This document shows, piece by piece, positions 1 through 9,911 of a stretch of 64,000 nucleotides of DNA. Position 1 is the stretch's first letter. Every line of letters begins with the position of its first letter. Source of the stretch: Spirochaetota bacterium. GTDB lineage: Bacteria > Spirochaetota > JAGLSM01 > JAKPMW01. The stretch is from assembly GCA_031283155.1 (NCBI GenBank), contig JAITCI010000003.1, forward strand, positions 18,205-82,204, given 5' to 3'. Both the position numbers and the translations under genes were made by a program. Below the pieces are notes generated by a model. That model ran no database searches and was not told where the DNA came from. It was given only the letters and a program-made list of their open reading frames with translations.

Positions 1-1383
1 GAGGCCAAGCAGGAACTCGCGGAGGTGGTCGATTTTCTGGTCGAGCCCGGGAAGTACCGCAAGCTCGGCGCGCGGATACCCAAGGGGGTGCTGCTTGTCG
101 GGCCTCCGGGTACGGGCAAAACCCTGCTTGCGCGCGCGGTCGCGGGCGAGGCGGACGTGCCTTTTTACAGCATCAGCGGTTCCGATTTTGTGGAGATGTT
201 CGTGGGCGTCGGTGCTTCCCGTGTGCGCGACCTCTTTGAGCAGGGCAAGAAAAAAGCGCCCTGCATCTTGTTTATCGATGAACTGGACGCGGTCGGGCGC
301 GCACGCGGCGCGGGCTACGGCGGCGGGCATGACGAACGCGAGCAAACCCTGAACCAGATGCTCGTGGAGATGGACGGCTTTGAGGCGAACGAGGGTTTGA
401 TCGTGCTCGCCGCGACAAACAGGCCGGACGTGCTCGACCCCGCGCTCCTGCGCCCCGGACGCTTTGACAGGCAGGTCGTGGTTGACGCCCCCGATATTAA
501 GGGGCGCGAAGAAATTCTGAAGGTGCATACCCGAGGCGTTCCGCTGACTTCCGAGGTGAATTTAACCGTCATCGCGCGCGGGACCCCGGGTTTCACCGGT
601 GCCGATCTCGAAAATATGATCAACGAGGCTGCGCTTCTGGCCGCGCGCCGCAACAAGATGAAGATCAGCCAGGAAGAACTGGACGAGGCGAAGGACAAGG
701 TGCTGATGGGACCCGAGCGGCGCAGCCTTGTGATATCCGAAGAGGAAAAGCGCAACACAGCCTGGCATGAGGCGGGGCACGCGCTTTTGGGATATATGCT
801 GCCCTACGCCGATCCGATACACAAGGTAACAATAATCCCGCGGGGCCGCGCGCTCGGCCTGACCCAATCCCTCCCGATAGACGAGCGCCGAACCTATTCG
901 CGCGAGTATCTTCTCGCGCAGATCACGCTGCTCATGGGCGGGCGCGTTGCCGAGGAGCGCTACTCTGCCGGAAACGTCACCACGGGCGCGTCCAACGATA
1001 TTGAGCGCGCCACGCATCTCGCGCGCTCCATGGTATGCGAGTGGGGGATGAGCGAGCGCCTTGGCCCGCTTTCCTATGGCCAAAAGGAGATGCCAATCTT
1101 CATCGGCAAGGAGATATCGCGGCACAAGGATTACAGCGAACGCCAGGCCGAGGCCATCGACGCCGAGATAAAGGCGATAGTCGATTCCTGTTATGACGAA
1201 GCGGTCAAGCTCCTGCATAAATACTCGAAAGCCCTCGAGACCATCGCAAACGCGCTGATTCAGCAGGAGGTTCTGGAGGCGGGCGATCTGGAAACCATCG
1301 CGCGCAAACATGGACTCTCGAGACTCGACAAGCGCTCATGGCATATCGGTAAAAAGAATGCGTCCTTGCGGCGAAAGGCGTAG
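1..1383 (+). CDS. ftsH: ATP-dependent zinc metalloprotease FtsH (5' end outside window)
   Basis: Frame open from base 1; Walker A GPPGTGKT, Walker [28 protein letters not shown], zinc motif HEAGH. Confidence 0.98.
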   Translation, partial: EAKQELAEVVDFLVEPGKYRKLGARIPKGVLLVGPPGTGKTLLARAVAGEADVPFYSISGSDFVEMFVGVGASRVRDLFEQGKKKAPCILFIDELDAVGRARGAGYGGGHDEREQTLNQMLVEMDGFEANEGLIVLAATNRPDVLDPALLRPGRFDRQVVVDAPDIKGREEILKVHTRGVPLTSEVNLTVIARGTPGFTGADLENMINEAALLAARRNKMKISQEELDEAKDKVLMGPERRSLVISEEEKRNTAWHEAGHALLGYMLPYADPIHKVTIIPRGRALGLTQSLPIDERRTYSREYLLAQITLLMGGRVAEERYSAGNVTTGASNDIERATHLARSMVCEWGMSERLGPLSYGQKEMPIFIGKEISRHKDYSERQAEAIDAEIKAIVDSCYDEAVKLLHKYSKALETIANALIQQEVLEAGDLETIARKHGLSRLDKRSWHIGKKNASLRRKA

Positions 1384-1385
1384 CT

Positions 1386-2810
1386 ATGACGCCTTTCCTG
1401 GCGGGGATCAAGGCGTCGGTTTCGGGCATACGCGGTATCGTTGGCGAGAGCCTTACCCCGCCGGTCGTTATGCGCGCTGTCATGGCTTATGCCCAATGGC
1501 TCGCGGCGTCGGGGGCGGTCGGTAAGCCGCAAGTGGCGATTGGCCGCGATACGCGATCCAGCGGCGCCTGTATTCAGGGGCTGGCCGCAAGCCTGTTGCT
1601 CGCCTGCGGGATCGACGTTATCGACCTGGGCGTTGTACCCACACCCACCCTGCTCCTGTATGTGCGGCGGAAAGCGCTTGATGGCGGCATTCTGATCACC
1701 GCGAGCCATAATCCCATCCAGTGGAACGCGCTCAAGCTCGTGAAGCGCGGCGGGCAATTTCTGAACGAAGAGGATTTCGCGAGTGTCGCGCGCAATATGG
1801 CCGACGAAACGCCGCTTTATAAACCCGCGCATCTCCTCGGAAAAATAACTTCCGATGATACCGCCTGCGCCTTGCACGTGGAGACTTTCGCGCGCACCCT
1901 GCCGCTGGACGCCATCCGGCTCCGCAAATTCAGGGTCGCGATTGATCCGGGCAACGGGGCAGGGGCGGTCATGGACGCGCTCTTTCTGAACCGGCTCGGC
2001 TGCAGCATCCATACGGTGCATGGCGCGATCACCGGCGATTTTGAGCGCCCGCCTGAGCCGAAACCGGAGGCGCTGGGCGCGCTCTCCGCATTGGTCGTGC
2101 GCGAAAAATGCGCGGTCGGGTTTGCGCAGGATCCCGACGCGGATCGCCTGGTATTGGTTGACGAAAATGGAACCGCGCTCTCGGAGGAAATGACGCTCGC
2201 GCTCTCGGCCTGGGCGTATTACCTGCCCAGCCGCAGCAAAAAGCAGGAGGGCGCGTCCGGCGATATAGTGGTGAATGTTTCCACCTCGCGCCTGGCGATG
2301 GACGTCGCGCGGCATTTCGGGAAGGTGTGCCATCTTGCGAAAGTAGGGGAAGCGAATGTGCTTGCCGCGATGACCCGGCATAACGCCGGATTCGGCGGCG
2401 AGGGCAATGGCGGCGTCATATATCCGCTTATCAATCCCTGCCGCGATTCCTTTGCGGGTATGTATTGCATTCTGAAGCTCATGACGTATTTGCGCGAGCC
2501 GCTCTCCCGCATTGTGGAGAGATTACATACAGATATCGCGCCGCGCTATACGATGCTGAAGGAAAAAACGGAATTCGCCGGGGATCTCGAGCGCGCGTAT
2601 GCCGGACTCCGTAAAGGCTGCGCAGCGCGCGGTACGGTCTGGACTGAAAATTTGCTGGACGGATTCAGGATGGATTTCGCGGACGGCTGGCTCCATATCC
2701 GCGAGTCCAATACCGAGCCTGCGGTACGCATCATCGCGGAGGCAAATGACGCGCAAACGGCGCGGGATCTCATGGCGATGATGCGGGCGGCTCTCGCTGA
2801 TGGCGTCTGA
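1386..2810 (+). CDS. Alpha-D-phosphohexomutase (phosphoglucosamine mutase / phosphomannomutase)
   Basis: TASHNP phosphoserine loop, DPDADR metal loop, GGEGNGG sugar loop, RESNTEP. Confidence 0.93.
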   Translation: MTPFLAGIKASVSGIRGIVGESLTPPVVMRAVMAYAQWLAASGAVGKPQVAIGRDTRSSGACIQGLAASLLLACGIDVIDLGVVPTPTLLLYVRRKALDGGILITASHNPIQWNALKLVKRGGQFLNEEDFASVARNMADETPLYKPAHLLGKITSDDTACALHVETFARTLPLDAIRLRKFRVAIDPGNGAGAVMDALFLNRLGCSIHTVHGAITGDFERPPEPKPEALGALSALVVREKCAVGFAQDPDADRLVLVDENGTALSEEMTLALSAWAYYLPSRSKKQEGASGDIVVNVSTSRLAMDVARHFGKVCHLAKVGEANVLAAMTRHNAGFGGEGNGGVIYPLINPCRDSFAGMYCILKLMTYLREPLSRIVERLHTDIAPRYTMLKEKTEFAGDLERAYAGLRKGCAARGTVWTENLLDGFRMDFADGWLHIRESNTEPAVRIIAEANDAQTARDLMAMMRAALADGV

Positions 2811-2846
2811 TTATATTTGGATAACCGGGCTTAAGGAGGAATAGAT

Positions 2847-3305
2847 ATGCGAATGCGCATTGCGCTTGCGAGTGATCACGCGGGGGTGCGGCTCAAGGAA
2901 GAACTCGCCCGCTTTCTCGCCAACAGCGGATATGAAATAGAGGATATGGGGCCGCATACCGAGGAGTCGGTCGATTATCCCGATACGATAGCGCCGGCCG
3001 CCCGCGCGGTTGCCGGAGGCAAGGCCGACCGCGCCGTTATCATCTGCGGCTCGGGGATAGGCGCTTCGATAGTCGCCAACAAGATTCGCGGTATCCGCTG
3101 CGTACTCTGCCAGGACGCCTTCGACGCCGAATATTCGCGCCTGCATAACGACGCCAATGTGATCGCCTTCGGCGCGCGCAAACTTGGGATTGAAAAAGCA
3201 ACGGAATGTCTCGTGAAATGGCTCTCCACGCCGTTTGAGGGCGGGCGGCACGCGCAGCGCGTCGCGAAAATCACAAAGATCGAGGATGAAGAGGCCGCAA
3301 GGTAA
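2847..3305 (+). CDS. rpiB: Ribose-5-phosphate isomerase B
   Basis: SDHAG, DYPD, CGSGIG, ANK, HNDAN, FEGGRH motifs; RBS AAGGAGG. Confidence 0.97.
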   Translation: MRMRIALASDHAGVRLKEELARFLANSGYEIEDMGPHTEESVDYPDTIAPAARAVAGGKADRAVIICGSGIGASIVANKIRGIRCVLCQDAFDAEYSRLHNDANVIAFGARKLGIEKATECLVKWLSTPFEGGRHAQRVAKITKIEDEEAAR

Positions 3306-3321
3306 GGCGGGTTCATCCGTT

Positions 3322-3350
3322 GCCCCGCGCCGGTCGCAACATCCTGTTGC
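3322..3350 (+). repeat. Left arm of 29-bp inverted repeat containing hairpin GCAAC-ATCCT-GTTGC
   Basis: gccccgcgccggtcgcaacatcctgttgc matches the reverse complement of 6272-6300 at 26/29. Confidence 0.9.
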
Positions 3351-3441
3351 ACCCGCAGGGGGCATAAACGCGCGGGGTGCTTGCATTGTGCAAGCACGAA
3401 TGAAAGATTAAAAAATTTTGAGGGTAAGGACGACTATCTTG

Positions 3442-5025
3442 TCATGTCCGGGCGATCAAGTTGTATGAGCGGGAAAATAAATCGGGCTGACGTGAGGATA
3501 ACGCAGAGCGGTAATTTTCAAAATCCGCCGGGGATAATACTGCGTCAGGGAAAGTGGATCGAATAAAATTATGTATATGCGCAAAACCAACACAGTCCGC
3601 CAGCTTTTCCAAATCAATTCTTTGCAGTATTTCTTTGGTATAGGGGCGTTTGGAATCCAAAAACGCGATTGACTTGAGAAAATCCAGACATTCAGAGCTA
3701 TTCAGCAGCGAAAGCGTGATGAGAGCGTCGCAAAACTTCTCAAAAGCAAGAAAATAGCATGTATCATCCATCATCATCGGATATTCTCCCCAAATAAGCG
3801 CAAAAAAGGGTTCCTTGTAGAATCCAGAAACACCTACCTTATATTTGGCAAAGGAGTAATCGCCTATTCCAAAAATGGAATATTTCGGGGCGCTTTTATA
3901 AATGGCTGATCGGCGGGCGGCAAAATGGTGTTCATGCCTTTGCAGATATTCCCAAATGTCCGGATCCTGAAATTGAATTTGCGCAGTATCGTCATGTACA
4001 CGGCGCTGCGGAACAATAACAAATTTATGCGTTTGGATAATAGAGTACGATTTCAAGTCAGAACTTTTCACCAATGGAAAAACGTACCGCCCGGGCTGAA
4101 ATTTTAATACTTCACCCAGACCATTCTGAAAAAGCATGGAATCGATTGTTTGCAGCTCCATTACTTTGGAACAGTCATGTTTTACGCCCTGACGCCATTC
4201 ATACTGGCACTTGCCGTCAATATTGGCGTGTAACCCATAATACTGCGTATCAGAATAAAAAGCGTCATCACACCATCCAAATTCTTTTTGTTTTTCGCTG
4301 GTATAAAAATCATAAACAGAACACGTTTTAGTTTTTGGATACCCCAAACGCACCACAAGCAAACCAGCGTCGCAATTAACTCCAAAAATTTCGTTTGCGT
4401 TAAAAATAAATAAGTCCATTGAAGCCATAGGGAAAGCATATTTACGTATTTCCTGAATGATGTTTTTTGCGACAATGGTTTTGCAAAGCATTGCCAAAGT
4501 ACAGTTGTAATCAGAGAAATCATTCAGGAGTTTGAGAATAATATTTTCAGCTATATCAAAGTTTCCCTTTCCGGTCATGGCAGCCAAACCGGCGTGCTTC
4601 TTGAAATTGCTCTTGGCGGGGATATTGGCGCTGCGTAAAGATGATAATTGAGCGCTTGTTACCCATGGGGGATTCCCGATTATCAAAAGAGATTCTTCTG
4701 CGGAAATATTTTTTTTAATATCCCCGAAATCAAAATTAAATACATCGGAATTAAATAATTTGACCTTTGTTGTATTTGCCAGCCGCAATGCCGCATTGTA
4801 ATAATCCTTGTTTATCTCAATACCATAAAGTGAATGTGCGCCGGGAAAGGCAATCAATGCCTCATGGATGAAATTTCCTGTACCAAAAGTAGGTTCAAGA
4901 ATGACGTCAACAGGCAGTTTATAAAAATGTGCCAGCTTCCCGCAAACGGCTTTTGCGAAATTTGCAGGCGTCTGATAATCGCCGTATTCCATGATGCTTT
5001 TTGTATTTCTATCTGGCAATATCAT
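3442..5025 (-). CDS. Type II DNA amino-methyltransferase (gamma-class motif order), M.NspV-like
   Basis: GDYQTP, motif I EPTFGTGNF, motif IV GNPPW, QGVKHDC; overlaps the end of the endonuclease gene; true start may be MEYGD at 4992. Confidence 0.9.
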   Translation of the reverse strand: MILPDRNTKSIMEYGDYQTPANFAKAVCGKLAHFYKLPVDVILEPTFGTGNFIHEALIAFPGAHSLYGIEINKDYYNAALRLANTTKVKLFNSDVFNFDFGDIKKNISAEESLLIIGNPPWVTSAQLSSLRSANIPAKSNFKKHAGLAAMTGKGNFDIAENIILKLLNDFSDYNCTLAMLCKTIVAKNIIQEIRKYAFPMASMDLFIFNANEIFGVNCDAGLLVVRLGYPKTKTCSVYDFYTSEKQKEFGWCDDAFYSDTQYYGLHANIDGKCQYEWRQGVKHDCSKVMELQTIDSMLFQNGLGEVLKFQPGRYVFPLVKSSDLKSYSIIQTHKFVIVPQRRVHDDTAQIQFQDPDIWEYLQRHEHHFAARRSAIYKSAPKYSIFGIGDYSFAKYKVGVSGFYKEPFFALIWGEYPMMMDDTCYFLAFEKFCDALITLSLLNSSECLDFLKSIAFLDSKRPYTKEILQRIDLEKLADCVGFAHIHNFIRSTFPDAVLSPADFENYRSALSSRQPDLFSRSYNLIART

Positions 5026-5671
5026 GATTGATAACTCCGGAAACGCTATTGGACAAGGATATAACCCGTTGGTATTGCAGCCGCCATTGAAGCGCGTTGG
5101 ATATGGTTAAATATCCCTGCGGGACGCCTTTTTGCAGAACTTCGTCAGCCAGTAAACCAAGCGTGATCTCGTCTCCGGGGATACATCTGTCTGCGAAGTA
5201 GGAAAGAATATCTTCTTTATTGCCGCCGTCTTTCAATATTTCCTGAATTCGTTTCGTCGTTGTAAAATCCGCCGTCCTTGACTTATCCACAAATGTACAA
5301 TTAAGAAAACGAAGGTAGCTGCTCTCTCTTGTATCCTCTTTATCATAAACCAGAACGAGCAAATTGTAACCCAAACCGAATATTTTCTGATGCGAAGACT
5401 TATATGGACAAGATGATTGAGGCTGTTTTATGGAGGTTACTTTTATATCTGTATTTATATCCTCAGACGGTAAATCAATACCCGATGCGCTGCTGCCGGG
5501 AGAAACATCAAAACGCTCTCTCAAATAATTTTTCAATCTGTGTTCAACAAAAGTCCCCACTGCTTTTCCGTCTGTAACGCCGATAAGCTGCGGAAAATTT
5601 ATTTTACTCTCAGTAATGCAGAATGCCTTTGCTGCGGCAAAAAGTTTTTTATGGGTAAGATTTTTTTTCAT
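5009..5671 (-). CDS. Type II restriction endonuclease, NspV-like
   Basis: GVTDGKAVGT, SASGIDLP..DIKVTS (PD-(D/E)XK core), QPQSSCP, TISNALQWRLQY; 220 aa; recalled similarity to R.NspV; coupled to the MTase. Confidence 0.85.
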   Translation of the reverse strand: MKKNLTHKKLFAAAKAFCITESKINFPQLIGVTDGKAVGTFVEHRLKNYLRERFDVSPGSSASGIDLPSEDINTDIKVTSIKQPQSSCPYKSSHQKIFGLGYNLLVLVYDKEDTRESSYLRFLNCTFVDKSRTADFTTTKRIQEILKDGGNKEDILSYFADRCIPGDEITLGLLADEVLQKGVPQGYLTISNALQWRLQYQRVISLSNSVSGVINHDIAR

Positions 5672-5754
5672 TGAAGAGCAACTCTCGCTTTTGAATAATG
5701 ACTCAGGTATTCATTGTACATCCTGTGTCGGCAATAACGATAAATATAAGCACC

Positions 5755-6082
5755 GCTTCGTATTGGTCAAAGGTGCAATAAAAGATGCGTTCCGCGCCCG
5801 CCGGGTCGCTGGCATTCGGTTTAACGCGCGTGTCATATACCGCGAACTCCCTGAAATTGGTGGCAATCGAGAGCGCGAGCCCAGCGGTGTAGGCGTAACG
5901 GCGGAGTTGGTAGGCGGATTTGGCGGACTCCCTGATATATATGGGCGGCTTTTTGGCCTCCACAAAAATTTGCGCGCGCCGCCAATACGAAAGCTGTAGT
6001 CCGAGCCGATGCGGACTTTATCCTTGCGCACCACCTCGCGGTAGCTCTCCGCAAAACCCTGATCGTTGGCTATATCCCAGCC
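5755..6082 (-). pseudogene. Remnant of the N-terminal nuclease domain of a type IIG (Eco57I/BpmI-like) R-M enzyme
   Basis: GWDIANDQGFAESYREVV..DYSFRIGGARKF, a 1-nt frameshift in the A5 run at 5964-5968, then VEAKKP..AYQLRRYAYTAGL..TNFREFAVYD; truncated at both ends. Confidence 0.85.
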
Positions 6083-6271
6083 CTTTGGCCACGAATCACA
6101 CGAAAGGAAAGATCGAATAAAAGATTAAAAAGGCAAAAACAATGATTGGGGTAAATACAAACCAAAACTACCATATCGGTGGAACTGCAACCTCCATCGG
6201 GATGTCAACATTTTCGTCTTTTTGGTCTTATTCGATCTTTTATTCACTTACACGATGTAAGCGTCCCGCGC

Positions 6272-6300
6272 GCAACAGGATGTTGCAACTGACGCGGGGC
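6272..6300 (-). repeat. Right arm of 29-bp inverted repeat
   Basis: gcaacaggatgttgcaactgacgcggggc; see 3322-3350. Confidence 0.9.
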
Positions 6301-6484
6301 GTGAATTTCGTGGCTCAAATGTTTTTGGTCTTTTTTCTGCACCGGCGGGACGATTTTTTGGAGGCAAGGCTCTTCGGTTGAATAGAAGAACGGAAGAACA
6401 TTATTTATAAAATACCGGCATTTTCGATATATCTCTGTATGCGGTATATGTTCCCTCGCAAAAACGCGCGGCATCCTTGCCACT

Positions 6485-6510
6485 GCTCGGGACGCAACAT
6501 CCTGTTGCAG
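6485..6510 (+). repeat. Hairpin repeat copy gctcgggacGCAACatcctGTTGCag
   Basis: 23/26 identical to 35307-35332; same core as 3336-3350. Confidence 0.85.
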
Positions 6511-6550
6511 CCCAAAGAAAAAAAGAAAAAAAATATGCGCTCGCGCAGCC

Positions 6551-8017
6551 TCAGGCCCGGCCATACACGTCGTCAAACCGGATGATGTCGTCCTCGCCGA
6601 CGTAGCTTCCGTTCTGCACCTCGATGATCTCAAGCGGAATATCTTCGGGATTCGCGAGCCTGTGCCGTACGCCCGCCGGAACGAAGGCGCTCATATTTGT
6701 TGTAAGAATTTGCCGCTCGCCGCCGATGGTCACCTCGGCGGTACCCGCGATCACCACCCAATGCTCGCTGCGCTTCTCGTGCATTTGCAGGCTAAGATGC
6801 CCCTTTGGATTGACGACTATGTGCTTGATCTTGTAATGATTTGCGGAATGTTTGCCGGTATATTGGTTTCCTTCTTTCAGGATCGTAAAGCTCCCCCAGG
6901 GGCGGTGCGTGGTTGCGGGCGTTTCGGTCAGCGCGGGATGCGCCGCGGCAAGCCGGCAGGTTAAATCCTTCACGCGCTGCGCCTCGCTGCGCGGACACAC
7001 CAGAAGCGCGTCACTTGTATCGACGACGGCGAGATCGCGCACACCCAAAAGCGTGATGAGCCTGTTTTCCGCGAGCGCGAGGCAGCCCGAACTGTCCATG
7101 CAGGCCGCGCTTCCCTGCACCGCGTTTCCGGCGGCGTCATGCGGGATGGCCTGGTACACGGATTCCCATGAGCCGATATCGCTCCACGTGATATCAAGCG
7201 GGACGCACAGGATGTTCTCCGCCTTTTCCATGATCGCGTAATCAATGGAGAGCCGCGGGAGGTCGGCATAAAATTTGATTATGGTTTTATAATCTGTTCC
7301 AAGGGCTTTCGCTATTTCCGGGCAGTGTCGCGCAAAGGCGCTCATGAGCGAGCCGACGGAAAACAGAAACATCCCGCTGTTCCAGAGAAATTGTTTATTT
7401 GTGCCCGAATGGGTACTTGTGCCCGAATGGGTACAAGCAACAAAGCGCTCGGCGGTTGCGCGGTCGGGCTTTTCGCGGAAGGAGCGCACCCCAAGCGGCG
7501 CATCCGGTTTGTGCGCAGAGGGCGCGTTAATCTCAATATAGCCGTAGCCCGTTTCCGCTCTGTCCGGCACAATCCCGAAGGTGATGATGTGGTCTTTTGC
7601 CCAGGGCGACGCCTGGAATATTCGTTCCTGGAATATACTCTCGGGATGGATGATGTGATCGGAGGGCGAAAAAAACAGGAGATCATCGTCCTGCGCACCG
7701 CAGTCCAGGAGATAGCGCAGCGAGAGCGCGATAGCGGGCGCGGTGTTTCTGCCCTCGGGTTCGGGAATCAGGCGGTCGAAGTTTTTACTGAAAACCGCGC
7801 CGAGCTGATTGATGATGGTAAAACGGTGCTGCTCGTCGCTGACCACATACACCTGCTCTTCGCCCGAGAGAGCGGCGAGGCGGCGCGCGGTGGCCTGGAT
7901 GAAACTCTCCTCGCCGAAGAGCCGCATGAACTGCTTGGGCGCGGAGGTTCGCGAGCGCGGCCAGAGCCGTGTCCCGCTCCCGCCGGCCATGATGACGCTG
8001 ATGATTTTTGGTTTCAT
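6551..8017 (-). CDS. manC: Mannose-1-phosphate guanylyltransferase / mannose-6-phosphate isomerase (bifunctional)
   Basis: MAGGSGTRLWPRSR..PKQF, EPEGRNTAPA, PSDH, TGYGYI, FREKP, WNSGMF, SIDYAIME, WSDIG, cupin RPWG..LSLQMH..RSEHW; start taken at ATG 8017. Confidence 0.96.
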   Translation of the reverse strand: MKPKIISVIMAGGSGTRLWPRSRTSAPKQFMRLFGEESFIQATARRLAALSGEEQVYVVSDEQHRFTIINQLGAVFSKNFDRLIPEPEGRNTAPAIALSLRYLLDCGAQDDDLLFFSPSDHIIHPESIFQERIFQASPWAKDHIITFGIVPDRAETGYGYIEINAPSAHKPDAPLGVRSFREKPDRATAERFVACTHSGTSTHSGTNKQFLWNSGMFLFSVGSLMSAFARHCPEIAKALGTDYKTIIKFYADLPRLSIDYAIMEKAENILCVPLDITWSDIGSWESVYQAIPHDAAGNAVQGSAACMDSSGCLALAENRLITLLGVRDLAVVDTSDALLVCPRSEAQRVKDLTCRLAAAHPALTETPATTHRPWGSFTILKEGNQYTGKHSANHYKIKHIVVNPKGHLSLQMHEKRSEHWVVIAGTAEVTIGGERQILTTNMSAFVPAGVRHRLANPEDIPLEIIEVQNGSYVGEDDIIRFDDVYGRA

Positions 8018-8019
8018 GC

Positions 8020-8058
8020 CCCGAAAGATAGGGAAAAATGAACGAGCGGGGAATACGG
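8020..8058 (-). promoter_or_regulatory. Putative sigma70 promoter TTCCCC-N17-TATCTT, copy 1 of a 39-bp duplication
   Basis: 37/39 identical to 34513-34551; the -10 box ends 7 nt before the manC ATG. Confidence 0.6.
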
Positions 8059-8227
8059 ACACAAGCGCGAGGGGATACATACTGCGATCACATTTGCTGT
8101 ACCACAGCCATATTTCCCGTCAGCGCCTCACGCCGCTGCCATATTCTCGCGGCTGGATTTTCTTTTGAGGCGTCACGCTATCTGAGTATTTTTGAATACA
8201 AGAGACGCGGACAAGGAGAGGGATCCC

Positions 8228-9895
8228 ATGAACGATCTGTGTTCCAATCTGCAAAAAGAACGATACGCCTATATGCCCAAACTTCCGGAAAACATAGCCG
8301 CTGATTTTCAGGATATTCTGGCGGAATACGGCGAACCCACGGAAGCCATAGCCGATCAGGGCGAACTGAAAAAGATATTCCCCCATACCTACGGGAAGCC
8401 TGTCGCGCGCTTTCTGCGCCGGAAGGGGAAGGGGTCGATCAAAAGCGGAGTTCTGAATGTCGGCGTCATTCTCTCCGGCGGGCAGGCACCGGGCGGACAC
8501 AACGTGATTGCGGGACTCTTCGATGGATTAAAAAAAATTCATTCCGAGTCCAAACTCATCGGCTTTTTGGGCGGTCCCTCGGGAATACTCAAAAACAATT
8601 TTACCGGGATTACCGAAGAGTTCCTTGCCCCCTATCGCAATACCGGCGGGTTTGATATCATCGCGTCGGGACGCACCAAGCTGGAAACCGAAGAGCAATT
8701 CGCGGAATGTGCCCGCGTACTGGAATCGCATTCCATAAACGCGCTGGTGGTGATCGGCGGAGACGACTCCAATACCAATGCTGCCCTGCTTGCGGAATAT
8801 TTATTACGCGAAAAACACGCCATACAGGTCATAGGTGTTCCGAAAACCATCGACGGCGATCTGAAAAACCGCGAAGTGGAGATCTCGTTCGGCTTTGACA
8901 CCGCTTGCAAGGTCTACAGCGAACTGATTGGCAACATAGCGCGCGACGCGAATTCCGCCAGAAAATACTGGCACTTCATCAAACTCATGGGGCGCAGCGC
9001 GAGCCACATCGCGCTGGAATGCGCATTGCAGACCCAGCCCAATATCTGCCTGATCGGCGAAGAGGTTGAAAGCAGGTGCCTGACGCTGCGCGACATCACC
9101 GATCAGCTCTGCGACGTCATCTGCAAGCGATCAGAGGCCGGCGCGAATTTCGGGATCGCGCTGATTCCCGAGGGTCTGGTGGAATTTATCCCCGAGATGC
9201 GCGCGCTGATCGCGGAGATTAACGAGATCCTCGCGGAAAACGCCAAATATTTCGCCACGCTCTCGGGGTTTGATGAGCAGAGCGAATTCATCAATCCCAG
9301 GCTCTCGCGCGACGCTTCCTGGACGTTTTCATCCCTGCCCTGGAGCATCCAGCGCCAGCTCCTGATGGATCGCGATCCTCACGGCAACGTACAGGTATCG
9401 CGCATCGAAACCGAGCGCTTGCTGATTGATCTTGCAGAAAACAGGCTCCAGGAACTCGCAGTCAAAGGGAAGTTTAATGGCGCATTTACTCCGCAGAACC
9501 ATTTCTTCGGGTATGAAGGCCGCTGCGCCGCTCCGAGCAATTTCGATGCGGATTATTGCTATGCCCTGGGCATAACCGCCGTACTCTTAATCAGCTCGGG
9601 ACTGACGGGCTATATGGCAAACGTGCGCAATCTGCATAAGGGCACTTCCGGAATGATGGCCGGCGGTATTCCGCTTACCATGATGATGAATATCGAGCAG
9701 CGTCATGGCAAAAAAAAGCCGGTTATCAAAAAAGCGCTGGTGGATCTTGACGACAAGCCATTCAAAACCTTTAAGGCAAAGCGGGAGGAATGGGCGTCGG
9801 CAACCATGTACCGCCACCCGGGTCCGATTCAATACTTTGGTCCCGCAAGTCTGACCGAGGCGAGTACCATCACTTTGCAATTAGAGCAGGAGTAA
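8228..9895 (+). CDS. pfp: Pyrophosphate-dependent phosphofructokinase (long clade)
   Basis: SGGQAPGGHNVI, GGDDSNT (Asp typical of PPi-dependent enzymes), PKTIDGD, MGRSASH, GYEGR. Confidence 0.97.
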   Translation: MNDLCSNLQKERYAYMPKLPENIAADFQDILAEYGEPTEAIADQGELKKIFPHTYGKPVARFLRRKGKGSIKSGVLNVGVILSGGQAPGGHNVIAGLFDGLKKIHSESKLIGFLGGPSGILKNNFTGITEEFLAPYRNTGGFDIIASGRTKLETEEQFAECARVLESHSINALVVIGGDDSNTNAALLAEYLLREKHAIQVIGVPKTIDGDLKNREVEISFGFDTACKVYSELIGNIARDANSARKYWHFIKLMGRSASHIALECALQTQPNICLIGEEVESRCLTLRDITDQLCDVICKRSEAGANFGIALIPEGLVEFIPEMRALIAEINEILAENAKYFATLSGFDEQSEFINPRLSRDASWTFSSLPWSIQRQLLMDRDPHGNVQVSRIETERLLIDLAENRLQELAVKGKFNGAFTPQNHFFGYEGRCAAPSNFDADYCYALGITAVLLISSGLTGYMANVRNLHKGTSGMMAGGIPLTMMMNIEQRHGKKKPVIKKALVDLDDKPFKTFKAKREEWASATMYRHPGPIQYFGPASLTEASTITLQLEQE

Positions 9896-9911
9896 CGCGG
9901 TGGCTGCACGT

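Noticed and set aside
3330-3355. AAC...GTT core of the hairpins as integron attC sites
   Set aside because: Only 5 nt between AAC and GTT, far shorter than any attC; no L boxes, no integrase and no cassette array.
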